Below, in pieces: positions 8,153 through 15,668 of a DNA stretch of 35,885 nt. The translations under genes were made by a program, and so were the position numbers. The notes beneath the pieces are model-generated. The model saw nothing but the letters and a program-made list of their open reading frames with translations. It was not told the origin of the DNA and ran no database searches. Every line of letters starts with the position of its first letter. Position 1 is the stretch's first letter. Origin of the DNA: a virus (Duplodnaviria; Caudoviricetes). The stretch spans positions 1 through 35,885 of the IMG/VR virus record IMGVR_UViG_3300033507_000016. One strand, 5' to 3'.

Positions 8153-9762
8153 ATGGTAATAATGTCGTGTTTATCAGTCAAATCGATTGCATTAACCCAA
8201 CCTAAGTTGGTTAAGAACGGATGATTTCCGGTACATTTTACGACGTCTCCGTTCTCAAACTCAATAGATATCACTTCTGATTCATCATCAGTAATATGAA
8301 CGTTATAATATTTAGATACAGTTTCTACATTATTGATTGTGTCGTAGCATTTAACCATTCCGGTTGTACCAACCATATCCTTAATTTTAATATTACGATT
8401 ATCTAAACATACAATAGTGTCTCCAGATAAACATACATGAGTAATATCATGCGGTGTGTCTGCGCAGTCGTTCGGTTCTTTCTCATCACGCTGTATTGTC
8501 GCAATGTTTTTAATTAGATTAGCGCAGTTACTAAATATGCGTAGATTAGAGGTTTTATACTCTACCCCTGTATGCACATCTTTAGTGGTTATGATCTTAA
8601 TAGCTTCTTTGACAGCTAACCAACCTTCTATCCTAGCGTTGCTTGAACGGTAGAAAGGAACACCGTGAGCCATGAATGTCTCTTGTATTGACTTACCTGT
8701 ATCTTTAGTCCTACTCCACAGGTCAGGTGGCGCGTAGGTTAACCTTATAGAGTCTGTACCATTAACCTCTAATATCCTTCTAGCAGCATCGCTGATAATT
8801 CTATCGGACTCATGCAACTCCTTGTATACATACACCTCATTAGTAGGTGATACAGCAAACCATAGTACAGCCAGCATATCAAGACCATAGTCAATTGAGC
8901 GGTAACGCGTCCATGTTGGTGGTATAACAAAAGGCTCAACAACGTGAATTTCTTTGTTAAATTCGTGAAAGAACGAACCGGATGATTTAATGAACCTTGC
9001 TTCGCCTAATTGTTTATACTTCTCAGGGTCAGAAACTCTATATACCTCTATAGCTGCTCTTTGTATGCTAGTTAGGTTATGGTTGTCATAATGAGTCGAT
9101 AGCACAATCAGTATGTTAATGGTCGCATCTTCTTCCTTGCCATCTTCATTAGTGAAGTGTGTTCGTATACTCTTCTCAAATACCTTTGGTCGTCTGCTAT
9201 TAGGAAAATATTCTATCACGCAATCCGGTTCTGTCTCTATCAACTCAGAGTTAACAAAACAATATTCATTGACAGGATTCAATAGTATATCTAACCGTCT
9301 GTCCTCTTCAACCTTACCCCTTAACTGTTGTATCAGAGCCAGGAAGTCATCGTAAGACATCCAATCACCTTCTTCAACAACAATCTTCGTTACTTGGTCG
9401 ATGTTCTTAACGTCCATCTTCTGTTGTTTTGTCTTGTAACCTCTAAATAGCGCAACGTTGCCATTGATGTTATTTGTTATCTTGGTGCTACTTGTGGTTA
9501 TATTGTAAGCTGGTAGATGTTCAAACTGTCCTATCTTATCAACCAGACCTGCATAGTAACCATCAGACGAACCTTTATCTAACTCTTGTATAATAAGTAA
9601 CTTGTAATTTTCCTTGCTCGCTAGGTTGGCGGCTTCTTCAATCTGACTATTGTAAGACTTACCACTATAACGACCACCTACTTGGACAACTGCATCATAT
9701 TTAGCACCATATACATGATCAAAGTACAACGAGGTAAGTTTGATTTCCTTGGTTCGTTCCAT
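8149..9762 (-). CDS. terL: Terminase large subunit N-terminal part (443 aa) fused to a 94-aa N-intein
   Basis: Walker A GGRYSGKS, Walker B IVVEEG, LLNP coupling motif, nuclease SIDYG. Then CLSGDTIV (intein block A) and KCTGNHPFLT (block B), ending at a stop. Confidence 0.95.
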   Translation of the reverse strand: MERTKEIKLTSLYFDHVYGAKYDAVVQVGGRYSGKSYNSQIEEAANLASKENYKLLIIQELDKGSSDGYYAGLVDKIGQFEHLPAYNITTSSTKITNNINGNVALFRGYKTKQQKMDVKNIDQVTKIVVEEGDWMSYDDFLALIQQLRGKVEEDRRLDILLNPVNEYCFVNSELIETEPDCVIEYFPNSRRPKVFEKSIRTHFTNEDGKEEDATINILIVLSTHYDNHNLTSIQRAAIEVYRVSDPEKYKQLGEARFIKSSGSFFHEFNKEIHVVEPFVIPPTWTRYRSIDYGLDMLAVLWFAVSPTNEVYVYKELHESDRIISDAARRILEVNGTDSIRLTYAPPDLWSRTKDTGKSIQETFMAHGVPFYRSSNARIEGWLAVKEAIKIITTKDVHTGVEYKTSNLRIFSNCANLIKNIATIQRDEKEPNDCADTPHDITHVCLSGDTIVCLDNRNIKIKDMVGTTGMVKCYDTINNVETVSKYYNVHITDDESEVISIEFENGDVVKCTGNHPFLTNLGWVNAIDLTDKHDIITI

Positions 9763-9763
9763 A

Positions 9764-10177
9764 TCACTTACCTATGATAATTGTAGGCATCTTGATCTCT
9801 CCGCTTAATTCTAATTTATCAGTTAACATTCCTAAGTGTTTCATAACCGTCTTTAACCCGTCTATAGCAACACGATCATCTTCACCCTTGTTGCGTTCAA
9901 TCAACTCTTTCATGTCATTTAAAACACCTTCAACAGTAAAAATAGCCTTCTTTTCAGCCTTATCTCTAATTTTACCGTGTAATTCTTCGTACCTTGACTT
10001 TACCTTGACATTTGCCATCATTGCGCTTGCTCGCTCATGTATCGACTTCTCTGTATATTTAGATGTGTCGTAAGCTAACCTAAACGCATCAGATTGTGAC
10101 TTGCCTTCTATAACAGCCATAACAAACCGCTCTTGCTTATCCGTCAGTTTAGTTGGTCCCTTATTCTTATCAGCCAT
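9764..10177 (-). CDS. terS: Terminase small subunit
   Basis: LTDKQERFV...SQSDAFRLAY HTH and LKTVMKHLGMLTDKLELSG C-terminus, directly upstream of TerL. Confidence 0.9.
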   Translation of the reverse strand: MADKNKGPTKLTDKQERFVMAVIEGKSQSDAFRLAYDTSKYTEKSIHERASAMMANVKVKSRYEELHGKIRDKAEKKAIFTVEGVLNDMKELIERNKGEDDRVAIDGLKTVMKHLGMLTDKLELSGEIKMPTIIIGK

Positions 10178-10181
10178 CTTA

Positions 10182-10289
10182 TTACCTCCTTTTAATCACA
10201 CACCACTTGTAAAAGTCCCACGCTATGCCCAGTATAATAACCACTGTAACTAATATACCTGTTAAGTAACCTACTTGTGATACTGACAT
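10182..10289 (-). CDS. Possible 35-aa membrane peptide (MSVSQVGYLTGILVTVVIILGIAWDFYKWCVIKRR)
   Basis: Manual translation: one transmembrane segment with a basic end, filling the gap before terS. RBS is weak. Confidence 0.4.
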   Translation of the reverse strand: MSVSQVGYLTGILVTVVIILGIAWDFYKWCVIKRR

Positions 10290-10310
10290 GGTTAGACATC
10301 TTTATCTATT

Positions 10311-11018
10311 CTACCAATTCTCTATTAATGCGTATCTAACAAACGATGCAAACACATTTTCAATACTGCATTGCTCTAGGTTTTTCTTTTTATTGTTTAT
10401 TCCGTACTTCTGAAAATACTCAACAAAAGCATCTTGAAGTTGTCCATCGTCATAACCCTCTAAATTATCACCGTTAGGCTCTAACTTAACCGTCCTGTGG
10501 TTATATCCAAAGTAACGCTTAAAGGTATCAAGAAATAAGTGCGCTTGATTCGATAGAAGCAAGTTACCATTAGTCTTAGGATTAGTCTCAGGATTAATCT
10601 CTGGTAATGGTCGTGTCAATTTGCTAAGATGGTCATGCCATTTTGATATGTTGGTCATGTCAATTTGACCAAATGGTGATGATTCAACAGCTTCAAGCAC
10701 AAAGTAATCTATTCTGTACCATTTAGTACGATCTATTTTCAGTCTATTAAAGTTTCCTACCACTATAAGTTTCAATTTTTCTAGCTTTGCAACCGTCCGT
10801 TGTATAGTGCTTATAGACCAAAATGGAAATTGGTTAGACCACTCTTCATAGCTATTAAATGTCCAATAGTAACCGGATTTGTAATTGTTCTTTGCTTTCT
10901 CATTAATCACATTCCAATAATGTATTTGCTGGATAACGATAGATTCGTTTAAACCTATCTTCGTGGCTAGTTGTGGCATGATTAACAATGGTTGTTCGTT
11001 CAATAATAATTTGCTCAT
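10311..11018 (-). CDS. Phage replication initiator-like winged-helix protein (second initiator)
   Basis: MSKLLLNEQPLL..LATKIGLNESIVIQQIHYW..WTFNSYEEW..QFPFWS..TIQR..GNFNRLKIDRTKWYRIDY is the N-terminus of a common Bacillus/Clostridium phage replication protein. It has an internal iteron-like array. Confidence 0.8.
   Translation of the reverse strand: MSKLLLNEQPLLIMPQLATKIGLNESIVIQQIHYWNVINEKAKNNYKSGYYWTFNSYEEWSNQFPFWSISTIQRTVAKLEKLKLIVVGNFNRLKIDRTKWYRIDYFVLEAVESSPFGQIDMTNISKWHDHLSKLTRPLPEINPETNPKTNGNLLLSNQAHLFLDTFKRYFGYNHRTVKLEPNGDNLEGYDDGQLQDAFVEYFQKYGINNKKKNLEQCSIENVFASFVRYALIENW
10608..10667. repeat. Three 16-bp imperfect direct repeats at 22-bp period (putative iterons)
   Basis: TGGTCGTGTCAATTTG (10608), TGGTCATGCCATTTTG (10630), TGGTCATGTCAATTTG (10652). 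Confidence 0.75.
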
Positions 11019-11140
11019 AGTTGCCCCCTACATGGATTGTTAGCATTAGAGTAATTAAATGTGTAGGCATTTAAAAAGGTTGCAACCTCTGTCCTCTAAT
11101 ACCGTAAAGTAATTGTCAATAGAACCCCGTCGAGTCCTAT
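11019..11140 (-). ncRNA. Putative structured cis-regulatory leader (three-way junction plus pseudoknot to the RBS)
   Basis: Outer stem GTATTAGAG/CTCTAATGC encloses hairpins AGAGGT-TGCA-ACCTTT and TTAAATG-CCTACA-CATTTAA. The loop CCTACA is complementary to TGTAGG, which overlaps the RBS. An extra 9-bp hairpin lies at 11119-11140. Confidence 0.55.
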
Positions 11141-11144
11141 CTAT

Positions 11145-11153
11145 ATTATACCA
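11145..11153 (-). promoter_or_regulatory. Extended -10 leftward promoter
   Basis: TG-G-TATAAT on the minus strand, with no canonical -35. Confidence 0.55.
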
Positions 11154-11209
11154 TTTTCATCATTGAACCACCACAATAAAATTATTTCTTCACACCACAA
11201 CATTACCTA

Positions 11210-11238
11210 TTGACACATGGTACACCGCATGGTACACT
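11210..11238 (+). promoter_or_regulatory. Early rightward SigA promoter with a tandem CATGGTACAC repeat
   Basis: TTGACA-17 nt-TACACT with extended TG. CATGGTACAC occurs at 11216 and 11228. Confidence 0.8.
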
Positions 11239-11273
11239 GTACTTAGTTAAACAACCCACACAGGAGGTTACAA

Positions 11274-11531
11274 ATGAAAATAGTTAGAATAACAACAGAA
11301 AGATTTTTCGACCCAACAAAAGGCGGTTACTTACAGCCCAAAGGACAATATTGCTTAAAAGATGACCGTGGTTATCTTGCTTATACTGACAACAAATATA
11401 AACCATACTTTCCGAACGGTGGAAAAAAAGTTCTTGTTGAATTACTGCAGGATAAAGGTTTCCTAACTGATCCTAACCTGATATTCATTCAAGCAATGCA
11501 TGAACCTGTACCATACGCACACGGCGCATAA
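11274..11531 (+). CDS. Hypothetical early protein
   Basis: ORF track, AGGAGG RBS, first gene after the promoter. Confidence 0.75.
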   Translation: MKIVRITTERFFDPTKGGYLQPKGQYCLKDDRGYLAYTDNKYKPYFPNGGKKVLVELLQDKGFLTDPNLIFIQAMHEPVPYAHGA

Positions 11532-11571
11532 ATATACGGTTCTCGATAATCATAAATCGAGTGGAGGTTAT

Positions 11572-11751
11572 ATGAATAAACACACAATTTATTGGTCTGC
11601 AATGGGTGTTGAACCTAACCAAGAAAAAAGCGTAACTCAAATAGATTTTGAAAAGTTTGAATATCAAATTAAAATAATGATTGGTAAATACGGTGCAACT
11701 AAAACGCTAACGTCCGTCAGAAATACAATAAAAGAACTTCAAGACAACTAA
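11572..11751 (+). CDS. Hypothetical protein (59 aa)
   Basis: Start reassigned to MNKHT behind a GGAGG RBS. Confidence 0.65.
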   Translation: MNKHTIYWSAMGVEPNQEKSVTQIDFEKFEYQIKIMIGKYGATKTLTSVRNTIKELQDN

Positions 11752-11795
11752 CCCGAACATGTTTGCGGTAAACCTAAACCGCGAAATGAGGTCAT

Positions 11796-11882
11796 ATGAA
11801 CACCAAATTCCTCACCAAAGCAGTCTACACCATTGGCACGCTTTACCTACTCATGATGTTAAACATGGCAATCAACTTATAG
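11796..11882 (+). CDS. 28-aa hydrophobic peptide (MNTKFLTKAVYTIGTLYLLMMLNMAINL)
   Basis: Manual translation, GAGGT RBS, stop overlaps the next RBS. Confidence 0.5.
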   Translation: MNTKFLTKAVYTIGTLYLLMMLNMAINL

Positions 11883-11893
11883 GAGGTATCACA

Positions 11894-12067
11894 ATGAACA
11901 GCTTATCTATCACATTAAGACCTAGCAAAATCGTTGAATGTTCTAATCTGTCCGCGTTATGTGTTAATGAACTTTTTACAAATACTGCTTACGTATGTAA
12001 AGATGGTGTAGTAACACACTTAGAACTTGAATATGAGGAAGGAGACACAAATGAAGGAAAATCCTAA
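11894..12067 (+). CDS. Hypothetical protein (57 aa)
   Basis: Start reassigned to MNSLS behind an AGGAGG RBS. Confidence 0.65.
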   Translation: MNSLSITLRPSKIVECSNLSALCVNELFTNTAYVCKDGVVTHLELEYEEGDTNEGKS

Positions 12068-12203
12068 ATTCTACAAAGCATCAAACAGTATCGCTATAAA
12101 ATTAGGTATGTCGCTTATAAAAAATGCCGGATTTGAGCAAGATGAACGAGTTATTGTCACGTCAGAGAAAGGAAAAATCACGATTACTAAGGTGCAACCA
12201 TGA
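12051..12203 (+). CDS. AbrB/MazE/SpoVT-like DNA-binding protein (50 aa)
   Basis: Manual translation MKENPKFYKASNSIAIKLGMSLIKNAGFEQDERVIVTSEKGKITITKVQP fits the swapped-hairpin pattern. AAGGAG RBS. Confidence 0.7.
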   Translation: MKENPKFYKASNSIAIKLGMSLIKNAGFEQDERVIVTSEKGKITITKVQP

Positions 12204-12361
12204 AAGAGCAACTAATTAAGCAGCTTGAAGCTGAGAACAAGTACCTCAACGAAAACTTCAATTTCAAGTCTAGCATCAACCACGCGTTAACCTGGATTAA
12301 AAACCAAAAGAAAATCGAGCAGTTACGAAAGGAGTTAGCAGATGAACGCACACAGTATTGA
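12200..12361 (+). CDS. Hypothetical protein (53 aa)
   Basis: Manual translation MKEQLIKQLE..., ATGA overlap with the upstream gene. Confidence 0.55.
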   Translation: MKEQLIKQLEAENKYLNENFNFKSSINHALTWIKNQKKIEQLRKELADERTQY

Positions 12362-12476
12362 TCAGATTATGCACCTACGAGCCACAGACAGCATCACGAC
12401 GAACGAAGCTATCGAAATGATGGCTAAGTATAACCAACTGAACCAAATAGACCATGACGAAGCCAACGGCAGATAA
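12342..12476 (+). CDS. Hypothetical protein (44 aa)
   Basis: Manual translation MNAHSIDQIM..., AAGGAG RBS. Confidence 0.55.
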   Translation: MNAHSIDQIMHLRATDSITTNEAIEMMAKYNQLNQIDHDEANGR

Positions 12477-12489
12477 GGAGATTAACGTT

Positions 12490-12969
12490 ATGTCACTCAA
12501 ATTGTACGAAATTACTCAGACGTACCAAGATATACTTGATTTAGACCTAGACAGTGAATCACTAGAAACCGTCCTTGCATCACTCACCGACACAGTGCAA
12601 GAAAAAGCTGATAACATTGCAAAATTGATCACACAACTCGAAGCGGAGTCCATAGCATATAAAGTTGAAATGGACAGATTGGCAGCTAAGAAACGTCAGA
12701 ACGATAGCAAGTCTGAGCAAATTAAGTCTTACCTAGACTACAACCTCAAGCAGATGGGCATTGCTAAACTAGATACACCACTCTTTAAATTTAGTTACCG
12801 TAAATCAGACTCAGTTGTCATCGACGACACAGAAGCTTTAAATGACACGTACAAGCGTTTTAAGACTGTTGTGGATATTGACAAGGTGGCTATTAAATTA
12901 GCGGTTAAAAACGGACTTGTGGTCACTGGCGCACACATCGAAGAGAAGCAGAACCTTCAAATAAAATAA
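12490..12969 (+). CDS. Siphovirus Gp157 family protein
   Basis: MSLKLYEI...EKADNIAKLI..LEAE..RL...FKFSYRKS.SV.I...DKVAIK..K.G..V.GA...NLQIK. Start behind AAGGAG. Confidence 0.88.
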   Translation: MSLKLYEITQTYQDILDLDLDSESLETVLASLTDTVQEKADNIAKLITQLEAESIAYKVEMDRLAAKKRQNDSKSEQIKSYLDYNLKQMGIAKLDTPLFKFSYRKSDSVVIDDTEALNDTYKRFKTVVDIDKVAIKLAVKNGLVVTGAHIEEKQNLQIK

Positions 12970-12982
12970 AAAGGGGTGACAC

Positions 12983-13603
12983 ATGAATATTTATAAAAAG
13001 TTAGCTGGCGCAAGGGTATTACTACAGAAATCACCAATAAAGAAATCAGGCAAGAATCAGCATCTTAAATTTGACTACATGGAACTTGACGACTTTCTAC
13101 CAACAGTCAACGCAATCAACGAGCAAATAGGACTAACATCTGTATTCTCACTCACAGACACAACCGCTACACTCCGCATCTATGACCACGACAGCGAAGG
13201 CATGATTGAGTTTACATCACCTGTAGCCCACGCTAAGTTACAAGGTAATGCATCACCGATACAGGAACTTGGTAGCCAACATACCTACATGAGACGTTAT
13301 ATGTACCTTCTAGCCTACGAAATTTGTGAGCATGATGTGTTAGATGGTCAAATTGGACAACCGCAACAAGAGTCGCCTAAATCGCAACCTAAGCAAGCGC
13401 CCAAGCCACAACCTAAGCCCGAACCGCAAGTTATGCACTTAACACCTGATCAACTATCCACCATAATCGACCTAGCAGACTCTAAAGGTGTAGCCCACTC
13501 GTCAGTAGCCCAAGCCTATAAAAAGACCGCTATCGACTACCTAACAGTAGAGGATTACGGTAACGCTATACTTAAACTATCTACTAAAGCTGATAAACAA
13601 TAA
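12983..13603 (+). CDS. ERF family single-strand annealing protein
   Basis: KKSGKN..LKFDY.EL.DF and IQELGSQHTYMRRY.Y..AY.I...D motifs, next to Gp157. Confidence 0.88.
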   Translation: MNIYKKLAGARVLLQKSPIKKSGKNQHLKFDYMELDDFLPTVNAINEQIGLTSVFSLTDTTATLRIYDHDSEGMIEFTSPVAHAKLQGNASPIQELGSQHTYMRRYMYLLAYEICEHDVLDGQIGQPQQESPKSQPKQAPKPQPKPEPQVMHLTPDQLSTIIDLADSKGVAHSSVAQAYKKTAIDYLTVEDYGNAILKLSTKADKQ

Positions 13604-13635
13604 TAACAGGGGAGAACCTCCCATTAGGGGGTAAC

Positions 13636-13842
13636 ATGTCTAATCCATGCCACGGTTGCGTACCACCAAAACGCAAGTTATATTGCCATAGTACCTGTGA
13701 TGGCTATCTGAAATTTAAAAATCAAGAGAGTATCTACAAAGCAGCTGAGTATGAGAAAAACAGAAACAAGCACGAAACAGCAGAAGTCCGCAGAAATTCA
13801 ATCCAGCGCATGACATCTAAAAAATTAGGTGGCGACTATTAA
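13636..13842 (+). CDS. Hypothetical Cys/His-rich protein
   Basis: PCHGC...CHSTC motif, AGGGGG RBS. Confidence 0.65.
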   Translation: MSNPCHGCVPPKRKLYCHSTCDGYLKFKNQESIYKAAEYEKNRNKHETAEVRRNSIQRMTSKKLGGDY

Positions 13843-13852
13843 GGGGTGACTT

Positions 13853-14284
13853 ATGTTAAAATTTTCAGAAATTGAACCGATGGTTGCGTATATTCGCACA
13901 AGTCCATGTGGAGACAAAGGTTCTTTTAAAATAAGAATTGATGAACGCTGTAAATACCAAGTGTTGAATGAGGAAGAATGGATTTCTGTATCTATACCTC
14001 ACAATGAATTAGTAGACTCAACCTTTGAACCTTGCGAGTGGGTGCATAAAAATAGCGAGCGATACTACTATGATTTTGATATAAAGCAAATTGTTTATTC
14101 TTTAATTTCTGAGTTGCGTTACATTTACAAAGAAGAACATTTTAAATCTATGTTAAATGTAGAAGAACCAAACTCAGCAACAACAATTGATCGTAACAAC
14201 ATGTTATACATTATGAAAGAAACTAATTTAATCAGACTTCAAGAAGATTTTGAAAACTGGATAAAAAAACAAATATTCAAGTAA
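13853..14284 (+). CDS. Hypothetical protein
   Basis: 143-aa ORF with AAGGGG RBS, followed by a terminator. Confidence 0.7.
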   Translation: MLKFSEIEPMVAYIRTSPCGDKGSFKIRIDERCKYQVLNEEEWISVSIPHNELVDSTFEPCEWVHKNSERYYYDFDIKQIVYSLISELRYIYKEEHFKSMLNVEEPNSATTIDRNNMLYIMKETNLIRLQEDFENWIKKQIFK

Positions 14285-14290
14285 CCACCC

Positions 14291-14314
14291 AACCCCACTA
14301 ACCTGGGGTTTTTT
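14291..14314 (+). terminator. Rho-independent terminator
   Basis: AACCCCA-CTAACC-TGGGGTT followed by TTTT. Confidence 0.8.
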
Positions 14315-14375
14315 AATTGCTGGCGGTAAATTTGTAGTGTACAATAATCTAAACACTTTTTAAATACAAATAATG

Positions 14376-14404
14376 TTGACAAGTATAATCAATTCGTGTA
14401 TTAT
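14376..14404 (+). promoter_or_regulatory. SigA promoter of the replication operon
   Basis: TTGACA-17 nt-TATTAT, with AAGGAGG downstream. Confidence 0.8.
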
Positions 14405-14427
14405 TATATCATAAGGAGGTAACAAAC

Positions 14428-14610
14428 ATGTTAGGTATGAGAAAAGCTAGAAAGGCATTAGGTATGACTCAGAAAGATTTAGCGGATAAGATCGGTGTTA
14501 GGGAATTGTATATTAGTAGGTGGGAAACCGGATTAGTCAGCCCTAGTATTGATACATTGAAAAGAATTGCTGTTGTACTTGGTGTAACACTTGATGAACT
14601 TGTTGAATAG
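14428..14610 (+). CDS. XRE/Cro-family HTH regulator
   Basis: RKALGMTQKDLADKIGV...ISRWETG..SPSIDTLKRIAVVLGVTLDEL. Confidence 0.92.
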   Translation: MLGMRKARKALGMTQKDLADKIGVRELYISRWETGLVSPSIDTLKRIAVVLGVTLDELVE

Positions 14611-14623
14611 AAAGAGGTGTAAA

Positions 14624-14812
14624 ATGCCCATAGAGTGGCAATTGGTTGTAAAAGGATCGCATGAAATTTTTGGTGAAAAAGGTGTTCCTGTAGATTGCTT
14701 TAATTATTCTACTCATTTTTTCTTTAAAAGCTTAAAAGATGCTACTGATTTTATAAACACTCATCAAGAATGTGCTCTTCAATATCATGAGTATGAATTA
14801 AGCGTAACTTAA
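14624..14812 (+). CDS. Hypothetical protein (62 aa)
   Basis: Start reassigned to MPIEW behind an AGAGGTG RBS. Confidence 0.6.
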   Translation: MPIEWQLVVKGSHEIFGEKGVPVDCFNYSTHFFFKSLKDATDFINTHQECALQYHEYELSVT

Positions 14813-14825
14813 GAAAGGGGTAATA

Positions 14826-15668
14826 ATGAGTTTAAAGAACTTTCTCCCACTAAGAAGGGAGGTTATGAAACACTGGATATATAAAGATTCAGATTATTTT
14901 AAAGTGTGGGTAGATATGTTATTTAGAGCAAGATTCTCAGAAGAACCTAAAAAGGATATTTACGAAGGTAGCCTATACATGCTTTACCAAGGTCACTTCT
15001 TATTTAGTAGAAACACATGGAGTATAAGACTCAACATCAATTCTAATAAGTTGTACAAACTCGTAAATTTATTGATTCAAGAACAAATGATAGAGAAGGT
15101 TGGCAAGGTTGGAAAATCAGGTGCAACAATTTATTCGATAGTAAATTATCAAAAGTATAATTATTTCAACAGCGAAGCAACAGCGTTACCAATTGATAAC
15201 ACTGGCTTTGAAGGCGATTCGCAACAGCCAAACAACAGCGAAGCAACAGCGTTCCAACAGCCAAGCAACAGCCAAGCAACACTAAAGAAGAGTGTTAAGA
15301 CTGATAAGACTGAAAAGAATGTAAAAACCTTTGTGCCTGATTCTGACGAATACAGACTTAGTAAATTATTATTTGATCTTATGAGGAAGAATAACCCTGC
15401 CTGTAAAGAACAAAATATACAGTCGTGGTGTAAGCACATTGACTTTATGATTAGGTTAGATGGTAGAACGCATGAACAGATTGAAACTATAATTGATTTT
15501 AGCCAAAATGATAACTTTTGGAAGGCTAACATTTTATCAACTTCAAAATTAAGAGAAAAGTTTGACACGTTAACAATGCAGAGTAAGAAAAATAAACCAC
15601 AAAAACAACAAAGTCAACCAAAAGAATACAAACAGCCTGTAACATACTATGATAATGGGGAGGATTGA
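14826..15668 (+). CDS. Replication initiator / replisome organizer
   Basis: N-terminal winged helix (HWIY..FKVWVDML.RA...G.FLFS...IVNY.KY), a repetitive linker with iterons, and a C-terminal MIRLDGRT...FW.ANILS.SKLREKFD.L domain like lambda-O-type Firmicutes initiators. Confidence 0.85.
   Translation: MSLKNFLPLRREVMKHWIYKDSDYFKVWVDMLFRARFSEEPKKDIYEGSLYMLYQGHFLFSRNTWSIRLNINSNKLYKLVNLLIQEQMIEKVGKVGKSGATIYSIVNYQKYNYFNSEATALPIDNTGFEGDSQQPNNSEATAFQQPSNSQATLKKSVKTDKTEKNVKTFVPDSDEYRLSKLLFDLMRKNNPACKEQNIQSWCKHIDFMIRLDGRTHEQIETIIDFSQNDNFWKANILSTSKLREKFDTLTMQSKKNKPQKQQSQPKEYKQPVTYYDNGED
15167..15283 (+). repeat. CAACAGC array in 11-bp phase (putative replication origin iterons)
   Basis: Copies at 15167, 15178, 15222, 15233, 15244, 15255 and 15266, with a partial copy at 15277. 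All offsets are multiples of 11. Confidence 0.8.

Larger units (their letters stand above)
7408..8433 (-). mobile_element. Naturally split intein with an intervening free-standing HNH homing endonuclease gene
   Basis: IntN 8433-8149, HNH 8101-7487, IntC 7515-7408. Removing this block rejoins ...PHDITHV|CDSLRGF... in frame. Confidence 0.9.

Noticed and set aside
10574-10606. 12-bp repeats in the second initiator gene as extra iterons
   Set aside because: The period is a codon multiple encoding a PEIN-PETN-PKTN linker, so this is more likely a protein-level repeat.
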